From an uncultured Phycisphaerales bacterium (GTDB lineage: Bacteria > Planctomycetota > Phycisphaerae > Tepidisphaerales > Tepidisphaeraceae): a DNA stretch of 64,000 nt. Under the pieces are notes generated by a model. That model was given only the letters and a program-made list of their open reading frames with translations. It was not told the origin of the DNA and did no database searches. Numbering within the stretch: the first letter of the stretch is position 1; the number at the start of each line of letters is the position of its first letter. The position numbers were made by a program, and so were the translations under genes. Where the stretch lies: the NCBI GenBank assembly GCA_963758525.1, contig CAVWVQ010000003.1, positions 3,616,001-3,680,000 on the forward strand, read 5' to 3'. Shown here in pieces: positions 52,025 through 64,000 of this stretch.

Positions 52025-53002
52025 ATGATGGCCAAAATGTTCTACACGCTGGAAGAAGCCCAGACGGCCCTCAGCCGCAGCGAAGAAGAGATCAAACAGT
52101 TCGCCCGCGAAGGACGGCTGCGCGAGTTCCGTGACGGGCCGCGCCTGATGTTCAAGGCCGACCAGGTGGAGCAACTCAAGAGCGAACTCGAGGGCGGCGC
52201 TGCGGACCACGTCGATCTGGGAACCTCTGACTCGGGCGGACTGATCGGGCTGGTCGACTCCGGCGGGGGACCCAGCGGAACCGGCATCACGATGACCGAA
52301 GACGACACCGGTCAGTCATCGTCCGCCGGCGGCATGCGAATGAAGGACGACACGGCACTTGCCGCCGATCTGGGTCTTTCCGGCTCCATGGGAGGAGTGC
52401 CCTCTCCCGGCCGGCCGGCGTCCAGCGGCACGGGCCTTAGCGGCACGGCTACCGGGCGTCAGTCGGGCATCAATGTTTTTGGAGCGGAAGATGTGGAACG
52501 CGTCGATCCATCGGCGCAAACCGCCATCACCGGCGCCGTCCGCGAGCAGGTGAACCTCGAAGGCGTCGGCTCCGGCTCCGGGCTGCTCGACTTGACCCGC
52601 GAGAGCGATGACACCAGTCTCGGCGCGGTGCTCGATGAAATCGCGCCGTCGGCCCGGCTCAGCCCTTCGGATGTGAGCGATGTCGGCAGCGGCAGCGGAA
52701 CCGGACTCGAAAACGCCATGGCGACCTCTCCCTCGCGGGGCGGCGGGGCGGCGGGAGTCGGTCCGGTCTACATCCAGGCCATGGATCCCACGGCTGCCGC
52801 CTTCGGCGCCGCGGCGCTGTGCGCGGCGCTCACCATGCTGTTTGGGGCCTATGTCCTGATTTCCGCGATGGTCGGCACCTACCCACAGGCGACCCAGTGG
52901 TTTGCCACGCGGAATCCGTTGATCCCCGCCGCGATCGGCGCCGGAGCTTCGCTGGTCTTCTTCATCTTCGGCCTGCTGATCGGCAAGACGCTCGCCAAGT
53001 GA
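52025..53002 (+). CDS. N-terminal HTH (excisionase/MerR-like), disordered linker, two C-terminal TM segments
   Basis: FYTLEEAQTAL..GRLREFRDGPRLMFKADQVE; Gly/Ser/Asp-rich middle; AGGAG upstream. Confidence 0.75.
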   Translation: MMAKMFYTLEEAQTALSRSEEEIKQFAREGRLREFRDGPRLMFKADQVEQLKSELEGGAADHVDLGTSDSGGLIGLVDSGGGPSGTGITMTEDDTGQSSSAGGMRMKDDTALAADLGLSGSMGGVPSPGRPASSGTGLSGTATGRQSGINVFGAEDVERVDPSAQTAITGAVREQVNLEGVGSGSGLLDLTRESDDTSLGAVLDEIAPSARLSPSDVSDVGSGSGTGLENAMATSPSRGGGAAGVGPVYIQAMDPTAAAFGAAALCAALTMLFGAYVLISAMVGTYPQATQWFATRNPLIPAAIGAGASLVFFIFGLLIGKTLAK

Positions 53003-53223
53003 GGAGACGCTCGAATTTGCGGGCGGAGACATTGTGGTGCGGGCTTCCAGCCTGCAATTGCACGCCCGGAAAATTTCGCGTACGGCCCAGGCAATAATTG
53101 ATGATTTTCTTGCGCCGGGCTCTTGCATTTTTGCGGGCAACGTCCGATATTGTGGTGCCGCGCCGGGCTGGGCTGCTGTTCCGACGCGACTGAATTTTAC
53201 ATCTCAATTGCATGGAGGCTCTT

Positions 53224-54117
53224 ATGGCACGGATGTTCCAGTGGGTTGGCATTTCCTTCATCGGCGTCGCCTCTCTCGGCTGCGTCTCCCAGGAAAAATA
53301 CAACGCTCTTAAGCTCGACCGAGACCAATACGCAGAACGACTCGGCACCGCCGAACGCGATGCCCTTTCCGCTTCTGCCGAAGCCGACGCTTACAAGCGC
53401 CAGCTTGAATTGATCGCGCACGGCAGCACCGATCAGCAGGGGCTGATCACCAATCTCACAACGCAGGTCTCCGATCTGCAACGCGAGAATGATGAACTGA
53501 ATCGCAAGTACGCCGATGCGATGAATCGTCCGGTTGGGATGGCCGCTCTTCCGGCTCCGCTCAATGACGCGCTGACCCAGTTTGCTCAACAGAACCCCGA
53601 TCTGGTCGACTTCGATAGCGCTCGCGGCGTTGTGAAGTTCAAGAGCGACGTCACCTTCGCCACGGGAAGCGCCGAAGTCACGCCAAAGGCGCAGGCCGTA
53701 ATCACGCGCTTTGCGCAGATTCTCAATTCCGCCGCCGCGGCGAACTACGAATTGATGGTCGTCGGGCACACCGACAATCAGCACGTAGTCAATGCCCGCA
53801 CCATTGCTCAGGGACACAAGGACAACTGGTATCTGTCGGCACACCGCGCGATTTCCGTCAGCGAGTCGCTGCAGCGTGAGCGGGTGAGCCCGACCCGGCT
53901 TGAAGTCGCCGGGTGCGCCGATGAGCGTCCGATTGCCAGTAACTCAACCGATGGCGGCCGCTCGCAGAACCGACGAGTTGAGGTGCTGATCCTCCCGACG
54001 ACCGTTCATGCTCCGACGGTCGCCGCCACCGACGTTGTCGCTCCCAGGCACGTCAGCCAGGCGAAGCTGAACAAAGACTCGGCGGAGGTCGACGTGCGGC
54101 CGCACCTGAACAAGTAG
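53224..54117 (+). CDS. OmpA/MotB-like peptidoglycan-binding lipoprotein
   Basis: Lipobox SLGC, coiled coil, FATGSA, VGHTDN, NWYLSAHRA, NRRVEV. Confidence 0.85.
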   Translation: MARMFQWVGISFIGVASLGCVSQEKYNALKLDRDQYAERLGTAERDALSASAEADAYKRQLELIAHGSTDQQGLITNLTTQVSDLQRENDELNRKYADAMNRPVGMAALPAPLNDALTQFAQQNPDLVDFDSARGVVKFKSDVTFATGSAEVTPKAQAVITRFAQILNSAAAANYELMVVGHTDNQHVVNARTIAQGHKDNWYLSAHRAISVSESLQRERVSPTRLEVAGCADERPIASNSTDGGRSQNRRVEVLILPTTVHAPTVAATDVVAPRHVSQAKLNKDSAEVDVRPHLNK

Positions 54118-54143
54118 GCTGCACACCTGCCATGACGAGCCTC

Positions 54144-54177
54144 AACGCCCCGGCGGCATTCGCCGGGGCGTTTTTGT
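54144..54177 (+). terminator. Intrinsic terminator
   Basis: aacgccccggcg / cgccggggcgtt followed by tttgtt. Confidence 0.85.
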
Positions 54178-54393
54178 TGTTGTGCAATCCAGTGGCGCGA
54201 TAGAATTCAAAAGAGTTTGAGAAGCGTTAAACGCTTGAATTACAGTGGTTTGATCGCGCGGCTTTGCGGATTGCACACAATTTCTTCGCCGGCCCCTTGC
54301 ATCCGGAAAATCAGGCGATACAGTTCGCAACCCGCGTGCGGGAGCGTCCGACAAAGACGGCTGCGAAAAACTGGAAAGTTGAAGTCACAGCCC

Positions 54394-54421
54394 TTGACGC
54401 GACGAAGAAAAGGCGTATGAT
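54394..54421 (+). promoter_or_regulatory. Sigma-70 promoter of the 23S-5S operon
   Basis: TTGACG (54394-54399), 16-nt spacer, TATGAT (54416-54421). Confidence 0.7.
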
Positions 54422-54663
54422 CTAAACCTCCACTTGACGGAGTGGAAACGTAAGCAGAATACGAGGAATACGAGGCCACCTTCACGAGGCGAATAAGTTT
54501 GGCGAATCATTCAAGCGATCACCTGCCCGAGTAACGCCAGTCCCTGTCTGAAGGGTTGCTGGCGACGTGCCGGCGACGTTCCCTGAAAATTTGCGAAGCG
54601 CAGTCGAATCCGAATCAGTCCGCCGCCGCTCTGTCGGCTGACTGACCCGTGTTCGACGGGAAT

Positions 54664-54703
54664 TTTTGTCGGTCTGTTGTGACGACAAAAGGCTCTTTGA
54701 AAA
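54664..54703 (+). promoter_or_regulatory. rrn antitermination boxB-like hairpin plus boxA
   Basis: ttttgtcg..cgacaaaa hairpin followed by GCTCTTTGAAAA. Confidence 0.7.
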
Positions 54704-55038
54704 GTGAATATGAGGTTCAAGGTTTATTTGCAAAATAAACCTCCGCGATGCCTGCCCAAATTTCTGTTAGTCGTACTGTTGGTCTTTTCGTCTGGGTTGG
54801 AGCATTCGGAAGTCTATTCGAGACTTCCGATCCTCTGGGTTTCAGATTTGAGATTTCAAATTTGAGACCTCAGAGATCTGGCTCCAATCGGGCAGGTATC
54901 GTCGAGCACCTTTTTGGCGAATGTTGATCCGTTATCGCTCAGGCAATGTCCTTTGTGAATTGCACCGTGCCCGCGCCCCGGGCATCCTGATGGGAGTTAG
55001 TTCCTCCCTGTCGGGACTCAACGGTGATCGATAAATGT

Positions 55039-58329
<3,291 letters not shown>

Positions 58330-58542
58330 CTTTTATCGATCATCGTTCGCAGACCGGTTTCGTTATCTGAGATTTGAGATTTCAAATTTGAGATGCGAAG
58401 CCGGAACCAAACTGCGTGCTCGGCGATCGCGGAGTGGTCGGCAAAGTGTGATCGGTTTGCAATCGATCACATCGTTTCCGACCATTGAACCTCATAATCA
58501 CGAAATTCAGCCCACCGGGCTCTAACCGGCCCGGTGGGTTTT

Positions 58543-58651
58543 CGTTGGTGGCTATATTGGTGGGGTCACACCCGTTCCCATTCCGAACACGGTCGTTAAG
58601 CCTGCCAAGCCGATGATACTGCTTCAGCGGGAAAGTAGGTCACTGCCAGCG
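58543..58651 (+). rRNA. rrf: 5S rRNA (about 109 nt)
   Basis: cacccgttcccattccgaacacggtcgttaag and gaaagtaggtcactgccag; paired termini. Confidence 0.97.
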
Positions 58652-58654
58652 TTA

Positions 58655-58695
58655 AAAAGGCCCCCGGTCCCAAAAGGATCGGGGGTTCTTTTTTG
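58655..58695 (+). terminator. rrn intrinsic terminator
   Basis: cccccggtcc/ggatcggggg followed by ttctttttt. Confidence 0.85.
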
Positions 58696-58926
58696 CGCGG
58701 ACCGCTCCACCCCGATCTGCTCGTTCATGAGCAAACGCAGAGGGATGTCCAGACGGACGGGTTAACCCACGTTACGAACTGCGTAACTTGGGTTTGATTA
58801 TTCAAACGTCGATTCGGAAGGAACAGCGCTTCGCCGAATGCTATTGCCGTCGCTTGCGTCGTCGCGGATGCCGCGAGCGGAGCATGGCGCGTCGTGCGGA
58901 GCGAATGCTCGCCGATCCTGTCCGCG

Positions 58927-59827
58927 TCAACGTCCGCCTGGCTGTGAAGTTGGCGGCGGGATTCCCGCCAGATCGATCGCATTCAAGACCCGCGGATCCC
59001 CCGGAGCGATCTGGTTCAGGGCCCGCACCACAGCTTCCCGAATCGTCCCCGATGCCGATAGCAACTTCAGCAGTGCCGGCACCGCCGTCGCCGCATCCGG
59101 GCCAATCCGCCCCAGGGCCTCGATCGCCGCCACGCGAGCACTGTCTTGCGGTCGCTGCGCCACCGACGTTAGCGCGCCCACCGCTCCCCGCGCCGCGGGA
59201 CCCGCATCCCCAAGCAGTGTGGCCGCGTGCTTGCGAATTTCCGGGTCGGGAAACTGCAATGCCAGGATCAAATCTGCTTGGGGCGTGCGGGGGGTAACCG
59301 CCGGCCGATGACTGGCAAGAAAATCCGGATCGATCGCCTCCACCACGGAGTTGATGAAGGTTTCCTTGAGCGCGTACCCGCCGGCAAATTTGCGAAAATG
59401 CAGCGCCCAGACGACGGGCGCCGCCGATCGTGCCGGCGGCCCGATCTTCTCCAGGGACTCACAGCATCGCAGTGCGGTTCCCGCGTCTGTGGTCGTCTCA
59501 ATTTCGTGAATCGCCCATCGCAGGACAAGCGCCCTGCGAACCGCGGGAACCGCGAGCGTCCCGAAAATTCCCAGCACCGCGCACAGCGCGATGGGCAGCT
59601 TGTACGACCGCACGCGCGCGATCGGCGGTGCCAGCAGCACCGCGCCCTCCGGATCATCGATCACCAGCAGTCTCGTCGAGCCATGCGCCTCCCAGGGCGC
59701 CAGGCTCGGATCAGCGGGGATGACATTCACAAACCCGCAGGCGCACTGCGCAGCGAACGCGCAACGTCTCGCCGGCCTGCACGGCCGGCAGCGGAGTTCC
59801 GCATTTGCGACAACCGAATCGCTGCAT
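58927..59827 (-). CDS. HEAT-repeat membrane protein with a probable N-terminal zinc ribbon (frameshift at about 59760)
   Basis: HEAT-like ALGRIGPDAATAVPALL repeats and a TM segment; MQRFGCRKCG and QCACG lie in adjacent frames. Confidence 0.7.
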
Positions 59828-59852
59828 GCCTTTTAAGTGTAGCGGGCGCGGC

Positions 59853-61004
59853 TCAACGCGGAAGAGAAAGCGCATGCCGGGCCGCGATTGCCGTGGCGGC
59901 GGCTTCGGTGGGATGATCCGCAAGCGCCGTCAGATGCCCCATTTTTCTCCGCGGCCGGGGTTCGAGCTTGCCATACAGATGCAGCTTCACTTCCGACGCT
60001 GCAAGAGCGGCCGTCCACCTCGGCTCGCCGGATTCCCACAGATCGCCCAGAAGATTCGCCATCGCCGCCGGCCGAAGCTGCCTCGTGCTGCCCAATGGCA
60101 GTCCGCACACCGTCCGCAGTTGCTGCTCGAACTGGCTGGTGACGTGCGCGTCGATCGTCAGATGCCCGGAATTGTGCGGCCTTGGCGCCAGCTCGTTGAC
60201 CAGCAACCCTCCGAACTTCGTCAGGAAAAACTCGACGCACAGGACGCCGACGACATCGAGTTTCTCCAGGATTCCGCGCGCCAACTCCGCCGCCTCATCG
60301 GCGGTCTTATCTGGAACATCCGCGGGGCAGACGGACAGATCGAGGATATGGTCCCGGTGTGAATTGTGTATCACGCCCCAGTGCGAGAATTCGCCGTCCG
60401 CTCCACGGGCGGCAACGACCGAGACTTCCCGATCAAAATCGACGAACGCTTCATAGACGCGTTCGATGCTCGGATCGACCCGCATCGCGGCGCTGATCTC
60501 CGCCGTGGTATGTACGGTTGCCTGCCCCTTGCCGTCGTACCCGAAAGCGGCCGTCTTCAGAACGCCGGGAAGTCCCAGCAATTCCGCCGCTGCCAGTGCT
60601 TCCTCGAGCGATCGCACTACGCGAAAGGGCGTAACTGGAAAACCGTGATCGGCCAGAAATGTTTTTTCGCGCGCTCGATGCTGCGTGACATGCAGCACCG
60701 ATCCATTCGGGCGCACGCTGGTGTGGTGCGCTACGACATTCGCTGTCGCGGCCGGCACATTTTCAAACTCGAACGTGACCACATCCACGCCGCGGGCAAA
60801 CTCCGCGACGGAGTCAAGATCGTCGTACGCGCACGTGAATTCTTTGTCGGCAACCTGCCCCGTAGGCGTGTCGCTGTCGGGAGAGAGCGTGTGGACGCGA
60901 TACCCCATCTGCCGCGCCGCAATGGCAAACATGCGCCCGAGCTGCCCGCTGCCGAGCACTCCGACAGTGGAACCGGGAAGGATGATGGAGTTTGTTTCAG
61001 CCAA
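59853..61004 (-). CDS. purK: N5-carboxyaminoimidazole ribonucleotide synthase
   Basis: GVLGSGQLGRM, TFEFEN, GYDGKGQ, NELAPRPHNSGH, RKMGH. Confidence 0.96.
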   Translation of the reverse strand: MAETNSIILPGSTVGVLGSGQLGRMFAIAARQMGYRVHTLSPDSDTPTGQVADKEFTCAYDDLDSVAEFARGVDVVTFEFENVPAATANVVAHHTSVRPNGSVLHVTQHRAREKTFLADHGFPVTPFRVVRSLEEALAAAELLGLPGVLKTAAFGYDGKGQATVHTTAEISAAMRVDPSIERVYEAFVDFDREVSVVAARGADGEFSHWGVIHNSHRDHILDLSVCPADVPDKTADEAAELARGILEKLDVVGVLCVEFFLTKFGGLLVNELAPRPHNSGHLTIDAHVTSQFEQQLRTVCGLPLGSTRQLRPAAMANLLGDLWESGEPRWTAALAASEVKLHLYGKLEPRPRRKMGHLTALADHPTEAAATAIAARHALSLPR

Positions 61005-61023
61005 CGAATGGCACCGCAGTAGC

Positions 61024-61536
61024 TCAAGACTTCACGGGACCGGGGGGAAGACTCTGCTCGAGCACGCCTTGCGTCTGCGTCGCGCGAAATATCCTGAGTG
61101 TTTCACGAAGCTGCGGCCGGGAATTGGCAAGAATCGCAACGGCCAGCAATGCCGCGTTGGTCGCGCCGGCTTTTCCAATGGCCAGCGTTCCAACCGGCAC
61201 ACCCGCCGGCATCTGCACGATCGACAGCAGCGAGTCCATCCCGCTCAACGACTGGCTTTGCACGGGAACTCCCAGCACGGGAACGATCGTGTACGCTGAG
61301 GCCATGCCCGGCAGATGCGCCGCGCCTCCCGCCCCCGCGATGATCACTTCAATCCCGCGCTCTTCGGCGCTGCCGGCAAACTCCGCGAGCCATTGCGGAG
61401 TTCGGTGCGCCGAAACGACCTGACACACGCGCGGGACCGCGAAGCGTTCGAGCATTGCGTCCGCATGGGACATCGTCTCCCAATCCGATGCGCTCCCCAT
61501 GATGATCGCCACCAACGGCTTTGGTTCGTCCGTCAT
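61024..61536 (-). CDS. purE: N5-CAIR mutase
   Basis: [36 protein letters not shown]. Confidence 0.97.
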   Translation of the reverse strand: MTDEPKPLVAIIMGSASDWETMSHADAMLERFAVPRVCQVVSAHRTPQWLAEFAGSAEERGIEVIIAGAGGAAHLPGMASAYTIVPVLGVPVQSQSLSGMDSLLSIVQMPAGVPVGTLAIGKAGATNAALLAVAILANSRPQLRETLRIFRATQTQGVLEQSLPPGPVKS

Positions 61537-61543
61537 ACTGCAT

Positions 61544-61610
61544 GCAGGGCGGGATTCATCCCGCCGGTCCCTCGAAGATCAAACTCGCGGCGGGATGAAT
61601 CCCGCCCTGC
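61544..61610. repeat. Family-A REPIN variant (GCAG ends)
   Basis: gcagggcgggattcatcccgcc ... gcgggatgaatcccgccctgc. Confidence 0.9.
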
Positions 61611-61701
61611 GGGAGATCGATCGCGCCCGATTCCTCACGGACGGCCGGTTGCAAAGCGTCCGCTTTCCCCACCGGCGCTGCGATCCTACCATAACTCCGC
61701 A

Positions 61702-62871
61702 ATGCCGGAAGTCGCCGCACTCCTCGACCAACACACGCACTTCGATCCGGACGCGGACTTCGAGGCCTTTCTCGCGTCCATTCCCCGCAAATGGGCCGTC
61801 TATCTTTTCGCCGACGAGTCCGGCCGGCCCGTTCAACTGCTGTCTGTGAAGAATTTGCGTTACAGCCTGAAGCGCCGCCTCGGTGGCGGCGAGACCATCG
61901 GTCTCAGCAAGCGCGTCAACTACCGACAGCTGGTCCGCATCATCCGCTGGCGACGCGTCGACAGCACATTCGAAGCCGATTGGCTCTATTACGAAGCCGC
62001 CCGCATCGTGTTTCCCCAGACCTACCGCGGAATGGTCGGCTTTCGCCCGGCCTGGTTTGTTCACGTCAATCCCGAAACCAGTTTTCCCCGATACATCAAG
62101 ACGACTGACCTCACTCGTTCTGGAGTTCTCGCCGGGCCGGTCGCGGACAAGCACGCCGCGGCTCGACTGATCGCGTTGCTTGAAGATGCCTTCGATCTCT
62201 GCCGCTACTACCAGATCCTGGTCGAGGCGCCGAACGGCAAAGCCTGCGCTTACAAGGAAATGGGCAAGTGTCCCGCGCCCTGCGACGGTTCGATCTCGAT
62301 GCAGCAGTATCACCGCATGATTCAACGCAGCGTCGATGCGCTCCTCGATCCTGCGCCGGCGGTTCGCGAACAGGAACAGCGCATGCGCACGGCCGCCACG
62401 GACCTGCGCTTCGAGTTGGCCGCGAAGATCAAGTCGTACGCCGATCAGCTTTCGCAGCTCGGCAAAGGCGCGTTTCGTCACGTGCGCCGCTTGCGCGATT
62501 TTCAGTTCCTCTCCGTGCAGGCAGGGCCGCGCGTCGGGACCGCAAAGGTGTTCCTGATCTCCGCCGGCCAGATCGAAGAAATCCTCGGCTTGACCACTGC
62601 CCAGCTCCCACGCCCGGCGCAGATTCTCGCCTGCGCGCTGGAGACGCTGACCCGACGCCACTCCGAAACCGTCGACGTCGAAGGAGCCGAGCGCATCGGC
62701 ATCGTCGCCCATCATCTGTTCTCCACGAAGCAGAACACCGGCGTCCTGCTCGCGCTGGCGTCGATCGACGAAAAAGCGATCGCCCGCGCCTGCCGTGAAG
62801 TGCAGCAGCGGGAAGAGATCCCGGAAGTAGAAGAAGAAGGCGTCGTCCGCGAGCTGCAATCAATGGGGTAG
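61702..62871 (+). CDS. UvrC/Cho-like protein (degenerate GIY-YIG, Cys cluster, UVR domain)
   Basis: AVYLFADESG..KNLR, CRY..CAYKEMGKCPAPC, MRTAATDLRFELAAKIK. Confidence 0.7.
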   Translation: MPEVAALLDQHTHFDPDADFEAFLASIPRKWAVYLFADESGRPVQLLSVKNLRYSLKRRLGGGETIGLSKRVNYRQLVRIIRWRRVDSTFEADWLYYEAARIVFPQTYRGMVGFRPAWFVHVNPETSFPRYIKTTDLTRSGVLAGPVADKHAAARLIALLEDAFDLCRYYQILVEAPNGKACAYKEMGKCPAPCDGSISMQQYHRMIQRSVDALLDPAPAVREQEQRMRTAATDLRFELAAKIKSYADQLSQLGKGAFRHVRRLRDFQFLSVQAGPRVGTAKVFLISAGQIEEILGLTTAQLPRPAQILACALETLTRRHSETVDVEGAERIGIVAHHLFSTKQNTGVLLALASIDEKAIARACREVQQREEIPEVEEEGVVRELQSMG

Positions 62872-62880
62872 AAGAGAAGA

Positions 62881-63167
62881 AAGGCACGAAGGGAAGAAGG
62901 GACGAAGGGGCGAAGGGACGAAGGGACGAAGGGACGAAGGGACGAAGGGACGAAGGGACGAAGGGACGAAGGGACGAAGGGACGAAGGGACGAAGGGACG
63001 AAGGCGCGAAGGCACGGAGGCACGAAGGGAGGACGGAGAGGCGCGGAACACGGCGGCCACGAAGGCACGCAGTGTGGGACAAGAGGTAACGGTCGCCAAA
63101 CAAACCTGCCGCGTCAGCGTCCTCCCCTTCGTGCCTCCGTGCCTCCGTGCCTCCGTGCCTTCGCGCC
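62881..63167. repeat. 8-mer tandem array (AAGGGACG/AAGGCACG, about 19 units) with inverted arm
   Basis: 11 perfect AAGGGACG units at 62913-63000 within 62881-63032; inverted cttcgtgcctccgtgcc units at 63125-63167. Confidence 0.95.
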
Positions 63168-63286
63168 TCTCCCCGGTGCCTCTCCCCGGTGCCTCTCCCC
63201 CGTGACTTTCCCATCACCACCCGCTCACGTCCCCGACTCACAACAGCCGATAGAACCTGTGGCAGGGGAAGTAAAGGGCGTCGGTT

Positions 63287-63613
63287 ATGTCTGCGCCAGG
63301 ACAGCATTGTCCGTTTCTCAATCGTTCGGACGACCGTTGCTCGGATCACTTCAGCATCGGGCGGCTCGGACAGGCTTTCGACCACTGTTTCGGGTCGTAC
63401 AATGCCTGCCCGGTCTACCTGGAGCTGCTGGTCGAGCGACGATTGCGCCGGCTGTCGGGTTCCATTCACCGGGCGGATGTGGACGATACTTCAATGAGCT
63501 CGCCGGATGCACCACGACTCATCCAGGTTACGATCTCCCACCGACACGCGCTGCCCGCTGCCCGAACTGCGGCGGTTCCTGCTGCACCTCGCCTCCGAGC
63601 GCGGGCTGGCTGA
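63287..63613 (+). CDS. Small Cys/His-rich hypothetical protein
   Basis: HCPFLNRSDDRCSDHF..HCFGSYNACPVY; AAGGG upstream; 3' end overlaps xerD. Confidence 0.45.
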   Translation: MSAPGQHCPFLNRSDDRCSDHFSIGRLGQAFDHCFGSYNACPVYLELLVERRLRRLSGSIHRADVDDTSMSSPDAPRLIQVTISHRHALPAARTAAVPAAPRLRARAG

Positions 63614-64000
63614 AAATTCGCTGCACGCCTACCGCCGCGATCTGGAAGATACGGAAGATTTTCTCAACGCCGCCGGCAAGTCCCTCCCAACCGCGTCGGC
63701 GACCGATCTGCGGCTCTATCTCCAGGACCAGACACGCCAGGGCCAGTCGACGCGCACCGTCGCGCGGCGTCTGGCAGCGCTGCGCCTCTTCCTGCGATTT
63801 CTCGTCACCGAAGGGCACGACACGCTCGCGATCCTGCAGGAACTGGAGCGTCCCAAACCCGAGAGCGCGCTGCCCAAAATTCTCAGCCGCGCGCAGGTGA
63901 ATCAACTGATCGCCACGCCGGATCCCGAGTCGCCTCTGTATCTGCGCGACGTGGCAATTCTCGAACTGCTGTACGCAAGCGGACTGCGAGCCACGGAGTT
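63507..64000 (+). CDS. xerD: Tyrosine recombinase XerD/XerC (runs off the window; start uncertain)
   Basis: Translated by hand, not in the ORF track: FLLHLASERGLAENSLHAYRRDL..TVARRLAALRLFLRFL..LPKILS..RDVAILELLYASGLRATE. Confidence 0.88.
   Translation, partial: MHHDSSRLRSPTDTRCPLPELRRFLLHLASERGLAENSLHAYRRDLEDTEDFLNAAGKSLPTASATDLRLYLQDQTRQGQSTRTVARRLAALRLFLRFLVTEGHDTLAILQELERPKPESALPKILSRAQVNQLIATPDPESPLYLRDVAILELLYASGLRATE

Noticed and set aside
53224..54117. Stator MotB replacing the missing motAB
   Set aside because: It has a lipobox and coiled coil instead of the MotB TM helix with its conserved Asp, and no motA is adjacent.
54480..55038. tRNA or riboswitch in the rrn leader, or a c-di-GMP riboswitch in flagellar intergenic regions
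   Set aside because: Hairpins are present but I could not identify a cloverleaf or aptamer consensus by eye; an Rfam scan would settle it.
63507..64000. Phage or island integrase
   Set aside because: The sequence matches chromosomal XerD/XerC motifs and there is no phage or att context.

Overview
High-GC bacterial chromosome segment, most likely Planctomycetota of the Phycisphaerae/Tepidisphaerales type. This is an inference from a DUF1501 gene, ATQP/TTQP-rich exported proteins, two Uma2 genes, a short 5S rRNA and a 23S-5S operon with no 16S. Bases 1-20.2 kb are a flagellar cluster (fliG..fliA) that lacks motAB and fliM and has a Uma2 nuclease gene where motAB usually lie. Bases 20-54 kb are housekeeping and metabolic genes (ClC, mnmA, GT9, DUF1501, GH63-like, SDR, FAD/Fe-S oxidoreductase, UbiD, ECF sigma/anti-sigma, pheS, feoAB, OmpA/MotB-like). 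Bases 54.4-58.7 kb are a stand-alone 23S-5S rRNA operon, followed by purK/purE, a UvrC-like gene and xerD. Main highlights: (1) a 401-nt ORF-less group I intron at the E. coli-1931-equivalent site of the 23S rRNA; (2) a set of 7-8-nt tandem-repeat elements, mostly arranged as inverted hairpins, that occur between genes, in frame inside pheS, and in excised parts of the pre-rRNA including the intron; (3) several REP/REPIN families, including a 3x mosaic array and REPINs flanking a Uma2 gene inside the feo operon. At least eight genes carry small frameshifts, best explained as long-read indel errors.
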